This document shows, in pieces, positions 1 to 14,262 of a stretch of DNA of 64,000 nt; within the stretch, counting starts at the first letter, position 1; each line of letters starts with the position of its first letter. A model generated the notes under the pieces. That model ran no database searches and was not told the origin of the DNA. It saw only the letters and a program-made list of their open reading frames with translations. This DNA is from Camelus ferus (Eukaryota), in the NCBI RefSeq assembly GCF_009834535.1, contig NC_045707.1:50098001-50162000 (forward strand), in the 5' to 3' direction. The position numbers were made by a program, and so were the translations under genes.

Positions 1-569
1 AAATTTATAACTTTAAAAGTGTAAAGTGGTAATATACAATGTGTTGTCCCCAGATACCCCATTTACTTTTCCAGGAAAATGTATAAAAATCATGGTGCAC
101 AAACCTCCTGCTTCCACTGCTTTTCTGCATGCTAGCATTCCTGTATTTACATATAGACAACCTCTAAATTTGGAGGAAGGTGAAGTTCTAAGTTTTTAAA
201 CTTTGCAATGGTTTGTAAGGTAGCATTTGATTTATAAGCTTAGTGCATATGATTTCTGAAACTAGGTATGTTCGTAAGTTTGTTGTTGCTTACTTAGATT
301 TAGGAAAAAGACATTTTTATGGTATCTTTAGGCAATGGTTCAGTGGCCCGTGGTGTTTATCTTCTGCCCACCCCCACCTTGAGTGTTTGAAAGAAGATGA
401 ACGTAGGCATGTGTAAAGTCTGCCTCTGGACTCACTAGTTGCTGGTGCTTTTCACAGTCTATCCTCATTTTATTAAATGATGTTTAGTTTTCATTTCAAA
501 TGATAGTGAATATGTCGGGTGGGATACAGTGAAACAGTATTTTTTTTTATCCATTGACTCAAAAAGTTA

Positions 570-745
570 GTGTGTATACATACATATATTCATTTTCATA
601 TTCTTTTTCATTAAAGGTTATTACAAGAAATTGAATATATGTATGCATATGCATGACTGGGACATTGTGCTGTACACCAGGAAATGACACATTGTAACAA
701 TTAAAAAAATAAAATAGAATAAAATTAAGGTCACACATTCTTAAA
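570..745. mobile_element. Short 5'-inverted L1 3'-end insertion
   Basis: 571-637 is the reverse complement of L1 3'-end sequence like that at ~61705-61770; ~638-728 is the adjacent sense 3' end with A-rich tail; TSD AAAAAGTTA at 561-569 and 746-754. Confidence 0.65.
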
Positions 746-3700
746 AAAAAGTTAACATAATTCTAAGATGCTTAGTAAAAAGAGGAATGCTTATCAGGCT
801 TGAGAAGCAATTTTAAAGCATCACCCTTAAAACGGAAAGAAATGAAGTAATTAAAGTGTCAAAGCTTTTAAAAAGAAGACATACAGGATAATTAACAGAA
901 GTAAATAAGAAAAAATACACTTCCACAAATCTCTTTCCATTTAGAATAAAAATAACATTTATATTTTTTTCAGATGCAAGTTAGAGAAAACATCAGAGAA
1001 GAAGAGATTATTTCCAAATTAGTTGCATCCTTGCTTTTGAAGTACATCATGACCCATATGTTATAAAAACTACCAACAGTTGTGACTGTGATAGCTGACC
1101 TTTAAAAAAACGTGTTTTGGGATTGTAAGAAAAAAGCCAACCAACTAAAACTTTTTAGTCTGTTAAAAGAACGTGGCTGGGTTTTTTTTTTTTTTAAGCT
1201 GATTAACTAAGACAGTACCACTGTAAAAAGAGATTAATAGTGTGGATCAGAGGCTTTCTTTTTTCCTCCAAATAAAATTTACTTTTTGATTTAAAAAAAA
1301 TAATAATCATAAGTCCCCAGTGTTTGATTTAACTTTCCTGAAGAATTTGCTAATTTGAGCTTCTTTCCCTTTAAGTTTCAAGGTCACAGGGAAAGAAAGC
1401 TTATCATCAATAAGTGTTTCCTCTTAGCGAAAAGTTTATACTGATTACATTTTTAAGCATGATCTCACTTAAACGATACTTTATGCAGTGAAACTGGTCT
1501 TTATAACCTGTTGATAAAAGTGATTTAGGACTTAACTTTTCTTCATGAAATGTAAAAAAGAAGAGGGTGGTGTGGAATTCTACAAAAGGATTTTATAAAA
1601 CATGCTGTTTGGGAGCCCAACAGAGTAAATAAGTTTTTGAATTTCCTTTAGAAAATTAGCACATTTTTGGGAACTGGAGGTTTTGAAGTTCCAGGTATTA
1701 TTTCTGCCTTCCAACTTCCTGAGCTACTGTATTTCTAAACCGCCACAGTCATCTGGACAGTCCGGGGCCTGGGAATCTCAGCCGCATCCCCGGTTCCCAC
1801 AGCTGAGACTGAGGCATGCCGAAAATGCCCGACAGCCCTCAGCCCACACGTCCAGGAACAACTGGTTCCTTCCTCTTCCTGTGGAAGAGCAACATCCTCT
1901 GAGATGAGAGACATGCACCCTGAGGAATGCAAGAACAGCAGTGCGCTTTTCACACAGGAAATGACTCCGGGAGCGCTGGGAAAGGCTGGTCTCCTGGACC
2001 GGCAGCCCGAGCTGAGCTTCCTGCTGGCCTGGAGGAGGGTCTGCCGCGGAGCCAGATGCCATCCGTGGGCCTGTCCCAGTTCCGTGGAAGGTAGTGAGCC
2101 GCGCTTTCAGCTGCTGAGTACATCTGCAGCCATCTGGTTTTGAGTGATTTGGTGCCGCTTATGCAGCAGAGCCGGTTGGCTTTTCTGCTGCTTTATTTAG
2201 CCACCTGACAGCTACTTACTTGGTGGAAGTAGTCAGTAAGTCTGCCAAAGTGAATTTTTCAGTCAGTTCTTTGTGCTACAGGAATAAGTCAGATAATGTA
2301 AACTATATTAGGGCTTCAGAGAGGTTAAAATCCTCATAATCTGAGTGAACTGGTATGGATGCCCAGTGCTGGTCTCACCTAGTTCGTTCTGTCTTTCAGT
2401 TTCCTCGCGTTTACTTTCTGAGATAGCCAGGCATCAGTAGAAGACATCGTACAATGTGCACAATCATACATCCTCAAGCATACATGAAACTCTGTTGCTT
2501 TAAACCAACCCACCCACCAACCCCTGTCATTTAAAAATGAAGATTGACTTGAAATGACTTTTACAACTGAAGAATGTTCTGGTATAATTTGACCTATTTT
2601 CCCCCCTAATTCCTACAGTATTTTCTTTTTCCTTTGCTTGAGATAATGATGGCCGCTACAAAGGCCAGTTTTTATATCATGCTTTCTTTCTAAATTGCTT
2701 TCCAAATCACTGCAGAATTTTGGTGGGTTTCAGCATTTATGGTGGCAAAATTCTTTTACTTTTCATGTATTTGTTTGGATTATTTTACTGAAGCACATAA
2801 AGAGTTACTTGTTATTTGTTTTAAGTTGAGGAGAGATGGAGAAGGAATGCCAGGCATTTCCTCTTCCTTTTCAGAATGTCTTTTTAATGAACATTCCTCT
2901 TCCCTTCTCTGAACAAACCATCTCAACTCAGCAGGGGGCCTCTGAGTGTCTAGTTTCCAACAAACCAACCTCTGTCCTCTGTTCCCCCAGCCCCAGAGAG
3001 GTAGTTGCTTCATGCCTTTACTATGTCTTCTCACCTCTGTGCTGCCTTTTAGCCTTTGCAAACTTCCAAACCTGTTTAACTAGTTCCCTAGATTAAGTTC
3101 TCTCTGCCAAAATAACTGTCGTGGTTTCTGTTTTTCTGCTGGATCCTGAATGATCATCCTAAAGGTCCTAAAACATCCTAAAAAATAATAAGATGTACGG
3201 AGAGAGACTTCTATTCAGGAATGTTTATTTCAACATTATTTATAACATCAACAACAAAAAACTGACACAAGTCAAATGTCCTTTAAGAGAGTATTAGCTA
3301 AATAAAAATATAGTATATTGAGATGGGATATTACATAGCCATACCATGTTTAACAACTAAATGCAATGTGTGTGATTCTGGATTTGATTCTGGGTCAGTG
3401 GATAAACTGCTGTATAGAACATTTTTAAGACAGTTGATAAAAATTGAATATGGACTTTACCTTCTTGGTAGGGCTCTGCAGTTACTTTTCTTTTACTGTT
3501 TCCCCAAGGTCCCTGACCTCACCCTAACACTAACTTTCATTTTTTTGTTGTTGTTCTTTGTTGTTGCTTTTTAAAGAAAGAGTGTTTGTGGGAAGAATTG
3601 TGTGTGCATAAGGTTTCTTTGCTATTGTTATTGCTGTTCATTCTGGTGTGTGCAGATATTATTTCCTTTGTGGAATAGTGTCAGTTTCCATCAGATTTGG

Positions 3701-5934
3701 TTACAGTGTGATTTCTATAGAGTGAATTCTATTTTCCATTGAGTTTTATTTTTAAATAGAGCTATGTTTTCTTGGTAAATATTCTGTTTATTGGGCAGGA
3801 AATCATGGGCAAGGCTCAAGAGCATGCCCAAGCCCATAATATTTTGGAGTTTTTTCTAGAGATTTGAGGCACTTTTTTTTTTTTTTTTTCAACTGTGAGC
3901 CTCTTTGTAGAACCCAAGCTGTCTCCTCCAACCCTCCTTTTTTCTCTTGCTGTTAGTATTGCTCAGATCATGACTACCCACAGTGACAAGGGACCTAGTC
4001 CCTCCAAGTTCAGGGCTCCTTGGGCTCAGTCCCCATCTTTTCTTTGGGAGTGATTATGTAATAGGGTTGTGTTACAGTGTGACACCTTGTCCCCCATAGG
4101 TGGACCTTTCAAAAACATCTTGTAATTCACTTGGAAAGTTTTTCTCTTTGAAGCTACAGGTTCAGTAAAATGAATCTGTGCCCTATTTTGTATATTCTCT
4201 AATGTTGATATTATGTAAAATAAATTCATTTTAAGTGACATCTAGCATCAGGCAAAGTATAAGAGTAAATGTTATTCTGTATTCATAAATCTGCATTTTA
4301 GGGATAATAAAAAATAATTTAATAAAATTTCAGGATAATAAATGATTAATTACTTCTTCTAAACAGAACTAGAAATGCATTAAGATACAGGGAAGACATT
4401 TGTGTGCTTTGGAAAGTCAGTTGAAATTTTGAAGAATTTGACTAAGAAATGCACTTACCCAGATTTCTTCTTTTAGAAAATTCTGTGTACTTTCTCTAAA
4501 GTTCAGTCGATTGTAAAATTACCGATAAAATTCAAACTGTTAACACTGTTTAAAAATTTATGTTGTTTCTTTTTCAAGAAATTGTTTATATACATTAAGT
4601 GTTCTGTGAATTATAAATGCCATAAAACTATGGCTGTTTTACATTTTGGGCACTAATCTATCAGATAGTCAAACCCTCTTCCTCCCAGCTCAGGGAAAAA
4701 CAATCTCTGATATACAATTAAATGACATGAAAAATTTTAAGCAAATGGCATTATTTTTTCTAAAATCACTATTTTTAAAATCAAGTATACTGATGGGTTT
4801 ATCAAACAAATGAGAAAACATTTTTCTATTTAAAAATAATCTCCTTTTAAATGTATATGAAACTTTATTTAGAGAGCAGTAGTTCTCCCTAAGATACGTG
4901 ATTAATATTTTAACCAAGCATTAAAATTTCTTATTTTATGTTATTTCTGTTACTCTGTGCTATGACTGTTTTTATGTATTTACTAGTCGAGAAAAATGAC
5001 ATTCTTGGGGTTTATCACAAACGGTGTTTTATTTGTTTAGTTTTAGTTTTTGCTTTGGCACTTTTTCCAGGCAGTTCTCTTGGCAACAGTGGCATTGCTT
5101 CTGCCTGTCATGAGTTTTATGCAATTAAGCTCTTCCATTATATTCCCCATTACAATTTATTTCATGCAAATATTCTAGCTGCTGTATCCAGCTAGTTAAC
5201 ATAATTTTAACTACAGCATTTTTTGTCAATTATTTTTTAACTGTAAGAAAAAAATGAATTTTATGAGAATCTAAGCAGTGAATTCTGAATGGAAAGAAAT
5301 CAGAATGTACTAAAAGTTTTTGTCTTTTCCTCCTGCCTCTACCCTTCCTGGTAGCAGTCCTCTCACCAGGGTGGAAGAGACTTGGATCTAAGCACACTAA
5401 GTAGGATTTAGTTTTTTTTTCCTCTGCTCTTTATACACCTGGCACAAGAAAATCTGGAGTGCTAGTAGACTGTATATGGAGACTAGCCAACCAGCTTGTT
5501 AGAGTAGAAAAACCAGTGTTAATTCCTCTCCTGCCATAGCTCTGCAGACCCCACATGAATGCATCTTGACAGCAATAGAAAAATCTCTGAGTAATAACCA
5601 CAGATAAGCTGGATTTCTGCAGGAGCTGAGCTCAGGGCAGCGAACCTTGTGGTTCTGAGCATCGTGAAGGGAAGTGACTTGGCCTAAGTCAGAGGCTGGC
5701 TCAACAGACATTGTTCATTCATTTCTCAAAAATGAACATGTCAGGCTAGATAGGAGCAGGGGGTTGGCAGGGAGGAGGATGAATGTGGGTTATAGTGATA
5801 GCTGAAGCCATCATGGAGAGTTCCACAGTGCACTGCAAGTATAAATTGTGGACTTGTGACTAAATCAGGAGTGCAGGTGAGGTGGAATCAGAGAAAGTTT
5901 CCCTGAAAAAAGATGTTTGAGCTGAGATGGAAAA

Positions 5935-6100
5935 CCTTGCTATTCAAAATGTGATCCGTGCATGGTTTGCTTGGGCATCATCTGGGAGCTTATTAGAAAT
6001 GCAGAATTGTGGGTCCCACCCCAGACCTAAGGAATCAGACTGAATTTTAATAAGATTCCCAGGTGATTTATGTGTACATTAAGGTTTGAGAATGGCTGGT
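5935..6100. mobile_element. MER5-like hAT-Charlie DNA transposon
   Basis: gcatcatctgggagcttattagaaatgcagaat...cccaccccagacct...aataagattcccaggtgattt...aggtttgagaa. Confidence 0.75.
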
Positions 6101-6606
6101 CTAAAGCTTCAGTAGGAGTTGGGGTGAGGAGATTAGGAGTACTGGAGTGTTCTAGGCAGAGGGAACTGTGTACGGGAAGACTGGGTAAGGCTTGGTATGC
6201 TCTAGGAACTGAGAAGAGGGCTGGAGCCCAGGGACAGGTAGGGGACTGTGGTAGCATGGCAGCCAAGAGAGGAGGGTGGCAAGAGGATGGGAGGGTCACC
6301 ACTGTTGAAAGCCAGAAGGATTTTTAAAATGATGAATTTAGCAGAGATTTTTGGTTACCTTTTGGGGAGCTTTTTCGATGGAGTAGTACACGTGCAAGCC
6401 AGTACGAAATGGGTGAACAGTGAGTGGAGGGGGCGGAGTGAGCAAGGAGACAGCAAGAACAGATTATTCTTTCCTTTATTCAAGACATTCACTGAGCATC
6501 TATTAATACCAAGCAGTGAGAATGTACAGATGAAAGGCTAAGTCCAATAATAGTGATATATGCCTGAGCTGCTATGGGAGCACATCAGTAGAGGGGTTAA
6601 ATAAAG

Positions 6607-6608
<2 letters not shown>

Positions 6609-6637
<29 letters not shown>
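6609..6637. repeat. (GT)n microsatellite
   Basis: Run of ~14 GT units followed by degenerate purine-pyrimidine repeats. Confidence 0.95.
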
Positions 6638-8789
6638 CATGCATGTATGTGCGTGTGCATGTACGCGCATGTGTGAGTGCTGGAAAATTTGGGTGAGGGA
6701 CAGAAACATTAATAAGAGATAACTTCCCAGAAGGGTTTGAACTTGAGCTGATTCTTTAAGAACTTGCTGCCAATATGGAGAACAAGGACTGAGTTCAGTG
6801 TGTGCATAAGCAGTAGGGCTGGAGAGGTGCTGGTGAATTCAGGGAGCTGTGGACATTTCTGGTTGGCTGCAGCACTGGGTGGGGTTGAGGAATAGCAAGA
6901 GAAGAGGCAGGAGAGAAAAGGTGAGGCTGGATCATGAATGACCTTGAATGCCGTTTGAAGGTGTTTGGCTTCCCCCTAAGAATTTTAGGAGGACCAGTGA
7001 AGGATTTTAAGCAGGAGAGTGACAAGGGCAAATTTGGTTTCAGACCCAGATTACTCTGGAGATGTGAGAAGCAGGGGTTAGAGGGAGGTGAGACTGGAGG
7101 CATGAAAATTAGCAGGCAAGTGCAGTAGTAATCCAGACAGGGAGTGAGGACTGCTTGATCTCAGCAAGAAGAGACTGAGCGATGGATCTTGAAGAGAAAA
7201 AGTCAAAAGTTCTGTTTACCGATTAGACATAGGAGGAGAGGGAAGAGTCTAGAATACCTCCCAAATTTGGAGCTCCTGGGTAGTTAGTGGCATTGTTTAC
7301 CAAGGTGAGACAGAGACGGGGCTTGGGTATGGAGTATCCTGTTCAGAAATACAGATCTGAGAATCTGTACTTGAATGATCAAGCCATGCGGTCCCATAGG
7401 ATGATCCCTAAACTGCAGCTTCATAGTGGATACAGTAACGATTGTGATAAATAGGTGATCATTAATCTCATCTCATTCATCCAGGGGATCATTAGAAGAC
7501 TGTTTGAATAATGATGGTTATTTGGTAAATATTGTGACTGAAATATAAAGCAGGTAAAACTGGTTGCTTTATAACGTCTGTGAGTAGCAGGTGTGCTTTA
7601 GTGGTGTCGCGTGGCTTCCGCCCCGAGAACTTCCTGCTCACGCCTCTGTGTATGTGTTTAGTGTTGATAAGTTTTCATGATTCTTAACCACTCTTTTTAT
7701 GAAGTTGTAGAATCTAGTTCATATTCTCATTGACTCATGATGTCTGTGAAAAGTACTTTTGAACTTTATAGTAGTGTTTGAATATTATTTCTCCTAGACC
7801 TTTCCCCCCCATGGTAATTGGTTTAAAAAAGGAAAGAAAGAAAAACAATCTTTCTTTATAAACACAGTCATTGTTTTTAATCCTTTGGTTTCTGAGTTAC
7901 TTCCACCAGCAAAATAAGAAAGGAGGAAAACACCCACACCTTTCTATACACAAAAACGTAAGAAAAAAATACATAGTAGGGCTATCAAACAGTAATACTG
8001 TTACCATAGCATCCTGTTTTCAGTTATTTATAATGAAATATTTGTTACTGATTTTCTACTTGTAAGCTCTTTGTCCTGAAGATTTTATGCCATAGATTTT
8101 CAACTATGTCCAGTTACATAATCTTTATCAAAAGATTAAATATTTTAGATGCAATTAATAGATTTAACTGCTTGATGTTAGATTGGCTTCCTGTATTATT
8201 AGGAAATCACTTTTCACCCATTGAAATGATGGGACCAGAAATTTTAAGTAGATATTGGATCTTTATCTACTGTTTTTAAAAATTATTATATACATTTCTC
8301 AGGTAGCTGCCTGAAAATGCAAACCTTTTTTAAAACCTATATCTGAAAATGCCTTAATATTTTGTTTAGGATTTGCAGAACACTGGTTTCCATTTTAAAT
8401 ACATATTCAGCATGTACTTGTTCATTTACTACTCAGCTAACATTTTTCAGTATGGCTCGTTCATGTATTTATTGAACTGTCATCTGCCTATAAATAGCTT
8501 ATTAATTAATTTGAGAAACCAGACACATAGGAAAATATTTTTTAAATTTGAATATAATGGATAAATATTTTTAATTCAACAAGTTATATTAATGCCTTTT
8601 GTGTATCTTACATAGGAGGTACTCACCATATTGTCAACTATCTGAGAAAGTGAGATGTGTATTTCACCTTCTAGAAGGGTGCAGTTTAGATTTCAGTGGA
8701 GTAGGGAAGGACCTGATATGGTAATATTGGTAATGATAGGTAACTGAATACAAACTGTAGATTAAATTCCTTACCTGTATTCTTACGAT

Positions 8790-8940
8790 TGTATAATGTA
8801 ACCCAGTATAATTTTCTTCATTTTACAGTTGAAGAAACTAAAGCTTAGGGAAACCAAGTAATTTGTCCAAGGTCACACAGTCACCCATGGAAGTAACAAG
8901 TTTAAACCCAAGTCTGTGTGACTTGATGTTCTATCCCTGT
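8790..8940 (-). mobile_element. MIR SINE
   Basis: cattttacagttgaagaaactaaagcttaggg...tttgtccaaggtcacacag is the MIR core, antisense. Confidence 0.75.
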
Positions 8941-11399
8941 ACCGCCGTATTATATCATAGCATGGATAATTATACAATACCACAGATATCAGAAATGCAA
9001 GGAAAACTGAGTATTGCTTTTAAAAAGCAAAATTGAATTTTTATAAAGATTTAGGGCAAAGGCAAATTGCATCTATTTGGGGAAGATGAGGAATGATTTC
9101 ATTACTTTTGCAAGTGCAAATTAAAGTCAACTAATATAAAATGCATTATGTACACTGAGATCACACAGGAAGCTTTCACTCCCTGCTTTTTGAATGATAC
9201 AATGCACAATAAATAGACAGAAGGGTGGTTCTCAACACCCAGCTGTGAATATACATTACTGTTATAATCACAGTTGTCATTAATGGTACTAAAATGTTCA
9301 CATTATGCTAGATGGTGAATAGAACAATAAATAAATATAATATTTGCCCTCTAAAAATGTTCTGTAAAGCTTGCCAATTTTCTGAATGTAGCTTTGTTAA
9401 ATGATTGCATGGATTCTTGCGTTAAAATTGCCTCTTCATAGTATTAAAACACAGAAAGGAAGCTAGTCTTATTCAAGTGAGCAAAGCATGAGTTCCTTTG
9501 TACAATTTAAAAAAATTATCTCATGACTTTTAACACACAGCTCATTTCTTTGAACTTGGCACTTGAAGAGTTCTGAGGAACAGAAAATAGGCCTGTGAAA
9601 AAGGTCAAGGAATGGCATTATTTACCTCAGAGAGTAAGCAAGCCCAGGAAATAATTTTTCAGAAATTTATTCTAAATAATCCTTCTGATTCTGTGATGAT
9701 TTTTGTTTCATAAAAATAATGAGAATAGTTATTTAGGACACAATGTGACTTGTTGGTTTGGTTGGCTTTCTGTGTACATTATTATGATACGAAAGTGGTA
9801 GTGCTATATTATTCTTTATGTCTTTTCATTGAATTTTTTAAAGTATAGTTGGAACTTAAAAAGTCAGTTGTTCTTAGATAAAAAGAGAAGTGTTACAGAC
9901 TCACTGTCAGCGCGTTGCTGTGGGGTTGCACGTCTCACTCACGCACACCTGCAGCGGCTTCCCGCGAGTGCTGGTGTGTGCACAGAGGGGCAGCTTTCAC
10001 AAAGGTGAACAGTGGCTCTTTTGAGATATCATATGGGTGAAACTAAACCAAATATGACTTTCCAAGTCAAACTTCCACTTTTTCCCAAGATGTAATCCTT
10101 ACTTGAATATGAAATATCTTTTTAAAAAGTACACCATTGTACACTATAAGCTATTACCAGCCTCAGAATATAGATTCATACACACACATGACCTTTTTTG
10201 AACAGGGTGAAGTATCATTATAAATAATGGTTTATTTCTAATCTAGTCATTTCAGCATTCTGCATAAATTATTCTTTTTGAATTCTGTATGTAAGAAATA
10301 ATAATGAATCCCTTAATCTGTAGACCTTTGGGTTATAGCAGCAGAATTCACAGAAGACATAATGGCTACTTGTTCTCTCAGGAAATTTACAGAAAGTTTT
10401 ACTGGTGTTATATTTGTCTAGAAGACTGGAAATAGCATTTTTATATTAACTTGGAAGAGAGCGCACTAATTCTAGTTCAGTGCCTACCTGCTCTCTTCCT
10501 CTACCTCCCGCAGATAATTCTGGTCAGTATTTTATCATTAATTAAGATTTATCTGGTGCAGTGCAGATTGTAGACTCAGCACAGGGCAGTAGAAGACAAA
10601 TCTTCCTGTAAGGGACTCATAGTTTATGGTTGCCTAATCATGTAAGAAGTAGAACATAGAAGGAATTTTTTGTACAGATTTTCTTTGTCCTACCCATTCA
10701 TGGCTTCAAAATTAATAAGCTTCCCTGGAGATGAGAATAAAGATTAAAGACAAAGACAGACAGATTTGTGGCCTCAGCTGTCTTTTTCAAGGGCACTGAA
10801 TTAATCATTCAGATATTCTGGTTGATAGCTGCACGAGGGTGGGGTGAGGGGTGTTTTTCAAGTCTTCTGACAAAAATAAAAATTCCGATTTGGTTTGAAG
10901 AAGAAAAATCAAAGCCCTCAGTAAAACCTTATCCCCAAGGCCTCTTTTTCTCTTTGAAAAAGATGTATGATTTTTCCCAAGGGATAAACAGAAGGCTTTC
11001 TCAGCTCAGCGAATTTAGTTTGGGATTCACAAATTTCACATGACACTCTCTGATTTTACCCTAGAAGTATTTTTAAATCAGTCATATTTGACCAGGTGTG
11101 TATGTCCCTATAAGGATACACAATACACTGTGCAGATATGTAAGATGGAGGAGAGGTGGTCAGTTTTCTCCTTCAGGACCTATGGCCTTGTCTTCCTAAG
11201 AATTTGAGAAATGGAGAGAATTCTGTGTTGTGGTCCTGTGACAGCCCAACATGGGTAACTCTGTAGCCCTCTTTTCTGTTGTTCTGATTAATCTGTCCAC
11301 TCCTTGGTTAAAGCTGGCTTTTGATCTCCAGGAAGGAACCAAAGACAGAGCAACACTCTGAGTCACTTCTGAAAGACGGCCATCCTCTCTCGGTCAGGA

Positions 11400-13290
11400 C
11401 TCTCAGATGAACTCACGGACTGTCTGAATCCTTTGTGCTGATGGTGGACTTAGTGTAAAGCCTCCCACTCACTGACCACCACTTCCTCCAGTCTTCCAAG
11501 TCTGATAATTCAGCAACCCCAGGAGGGCCTCCCTCCCATCCACAGAGCTTCTGCCTTTCCACTGCCCACCTTCTGTGTCTGTGTGTCTGCTTGCCCTGTA
11601 GTCTACCCTCATAGTCACGCCCTTGCCCCTTTCTCTCTGTTGTACTCACCCCAAAAAACTTTAGCCTGGTTAAATCTATTTCTCTGCCTACTCTCCATCT
11701 GCACGCAAGCAACTGGATTTGACTAGACAGCCATGCTGACTGCTCTCCCCTTAAATTTATTTATACAAAGCTCCAGGGGCACTCAGTACTGCCTAGCAGT
11801 CATTTGCCAAGTAGTTATCCTCTCGCTGCCCTGTGGTATCAGTGTCCTCTTTCTGCTTGGTCTTCTCCATCAGCACACATTTGAAGTGTATTTCCCATCT
11901 TTAGGAAGGAAAGCTTCATCTGACCGCTCATCCCTTTCCAGCTCCTGTCTCACTGCTCTGCTCCCCTTTATAGCAAAACTCCTCAAAAGAATGGCATATG
12001 TTTAGTCTTCATTTCTTCACTTTCTACTCTTCTGAATCCACTCCAGTTAAGCTTCCGTCCCCACCACTCCAGTCTTGTTAAAGTCCCAATGGCTCATCCA
12101 AATCAGCCTTTCGCAGGACTTGGTCTAGTGATCACTCCCTTCTCTTTGAAACTCTGTTCTTACTGGGCTTCTGGTCCAGTACCACCCCTGCCTCATGGGC
12201 CACAAGTCACCTTCCCTGCTCCCTTCCTGCCTTCTGAAAGTCTTTGCAGTTGTTCTCTTGTTTGGCTCCTCCTTCAGTGATCGTAGACCCATGGTTGTAA
12301 ACACCATGGCCGAGCACCCCAACTCCAAGGCAACAGAAGCTTCTGCACTTGGTCCCCTTCCAGACCTTTCCTTATGTACCTCTTCAGCTGGCTGTTCATT
12401 TGTATCCTATATAAAAACTGATAAACATATCTGATCTGATAACTCCCAAACTTATACCTCTAGCCCCAGCCTATCTACGGAAATCTAGAATCATGTATTT
12501 CCAGTTGTATCCATGACTTTCCCCCTTGGAAGTCTAATCGGCATCTCAAACCGTAAGATGCCCAAAACTTACTCTCTACTGCTCCTCCATTAAAAAAATA
12601 CATCATCGGTGGAGCCAAACTGTAATGTAATACTTCACCCAGAATAACTTTTCTTCATAACCCTTGTTACTACCTGACATCACACGTCTATACATTTTCC
12701 TACTTCATTCACTGGAGTATAACCCCATGTCAACAGGGTCTCTTTTGTTTATTCATTTCTTGTAGTAGGCAGAATGATGGTCCATAAAGATGTCTGTGTC
12801 CTCATCCCCAGAATCTGTGAATGCATTTCTTACAAGGCAAAAGGGGCTATGCAAATCTGATTAAGTTAAGGATCTTGAAATGGGAAGATTATCCTAGATT
12901 ATGGTCCAGTGCAGTCACAATGGTCCTTACAGGGGAAGGAGGGAGGTATAGGAATTAGACAAGAAGGTATGTCAACGGAAGTAGAGATTGGAGTGATGTG
13001 ACCTTGAGCCATAGAATGCAGGCATCCTTGAGGAGCTGGAAAAGTCAAGGAACAGATTCTCCTGTAGAGCTCCAGAAGGAACACAGCTCTGCTGACACCT
13101 TGATTTTGGCTCTGTAAAACCTATTTGGACCTTCAGAACTTTAAGGTAATAATTGGTGGTGTTTTAAGCCACTAAACCTGTGATAATTTGTTACAGCAGT
13201 GGTGGGAAACTAATACACTCCTATATCTCTGGCACTTAGAATTTTCCTGGCACATACGTGTAAATATAACAATTTGTTTGAATAAATGAT
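11400..13290 (+). mobile_element. L2 LINE interrupted by an MLT1 LTR
   Basis: Pyrimidine-rich L2-like sequence (ccctttatagcaaaactcctcaaaaga, aatccactccagttaagcttccgtccccaccactcc); 3' end cctggcacata...tttgtttgaataaatg. Confidence 0.7.
12761..13217 (+). mobile_element. MLT1 (ERVL-MaLR) solo LTR
   Basis: TG...CA termini; tgtagtaggcagaatgatgg..., tagagctccagaaggaacacagctctgctgacaccttgatttt, ...ggaaactaataca. Confidence 0.85.
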
Positions 13291-13306
13291 ATGTCTTCAT
13301 TATTTT

Positions 13307-14262
13307 TATTTATTTTATTATATATATTTTTTATTGAAGTCTAGTCAGTTTATACAATGTGGCAATTTCTGGTATATAGCTATAGCATAATGCTTCAGTC
13401 ATACATGAACATATATATATTTATTTTCATATTCTTTTCACCATAAGTTACTACAAGATTATGAATATAGTTCCCTATGCTATATAGTATGAACTTGTTG
13501 TTTATCTATTTTATACATATTAGTATCTGCAAATCTCAAACTCCCAATTTATCCCTTCCCATCCCCTTTACCCCAGTAACCATAAGTTTATTTTCTATGT
13601 GAGTCTGTTTCTGTTTTGTAAATAAGTTAATTTGCCTTTTTTTTTTAGATTCCACATACAAGTGATATATGGTATTTTTCTTTCTCTTTCTGGCTTACTT
13701 CACTTAGAATGACAATCTCCAGGTCCATCCATGTTGCTGCAGATGGCATTATTTTATTCTTTTTTTATAGCTGAGTAGTATTCCATTGTACAAATATACC
13801 ACAGCTTCTTTATCCAGTCATCTGTCAATGGGCATTTAGGTTGTTTCCATGTCTTAGCTATTGTAAATAGTGCCACTATGAACATTCGGGTGCCGGTGTC
13901 TTTTTGAATTAGGGTTCCTTCTGGATACATGCCTAGGAGTGAGATTGCTAGGTCATATGGTAAGTCTGTTTTTAGTCTTTAGCGGAACCTCCATACTGTT
14001 TGCCACAGTGGCTGCACCAAACTGCCTTCCCACCAGCAGTGTAGGAGGTTCCCTTTTCTCCATAGCCTCTCTAGCATTTATCCTTTGTGGACTTTAGAAT
14101 GATGGTCATTCTGACTGGTGTGAGGTGATACCTCGTAATTTTGATTTGCATTTCTCTGCTAATTAGCAATGTTGAGCATTTTTTCATGTGCTTATTGGCC
14201 ATTTGTATGTCTTCACTGGAGAGTTGCTTGTTACGTCTTCTGCCCATTTTTGGATCGGGTTG
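13307..14262 (-). mobile_element. 5'-truncated lineage-specific L1
   Basis: Antisense ORF2 C-terminus ([33 protein letters not shown]), 3' UTR and T-rich tail; perfect 15-bp TSD TGTCTTCATTATTTT at 13292-13306 and 14263-14277. Confidence 0.92.

Larger units (their letters stand above)
5720..7400 (-). mobile_element. Fragmented L2 LINE remnants
   Basis: cattcatt tails and purine-rich L2-like tracts (tttgagctgagatgg, ggattttaagcaggagagtgaca). Confidence 0.6.
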
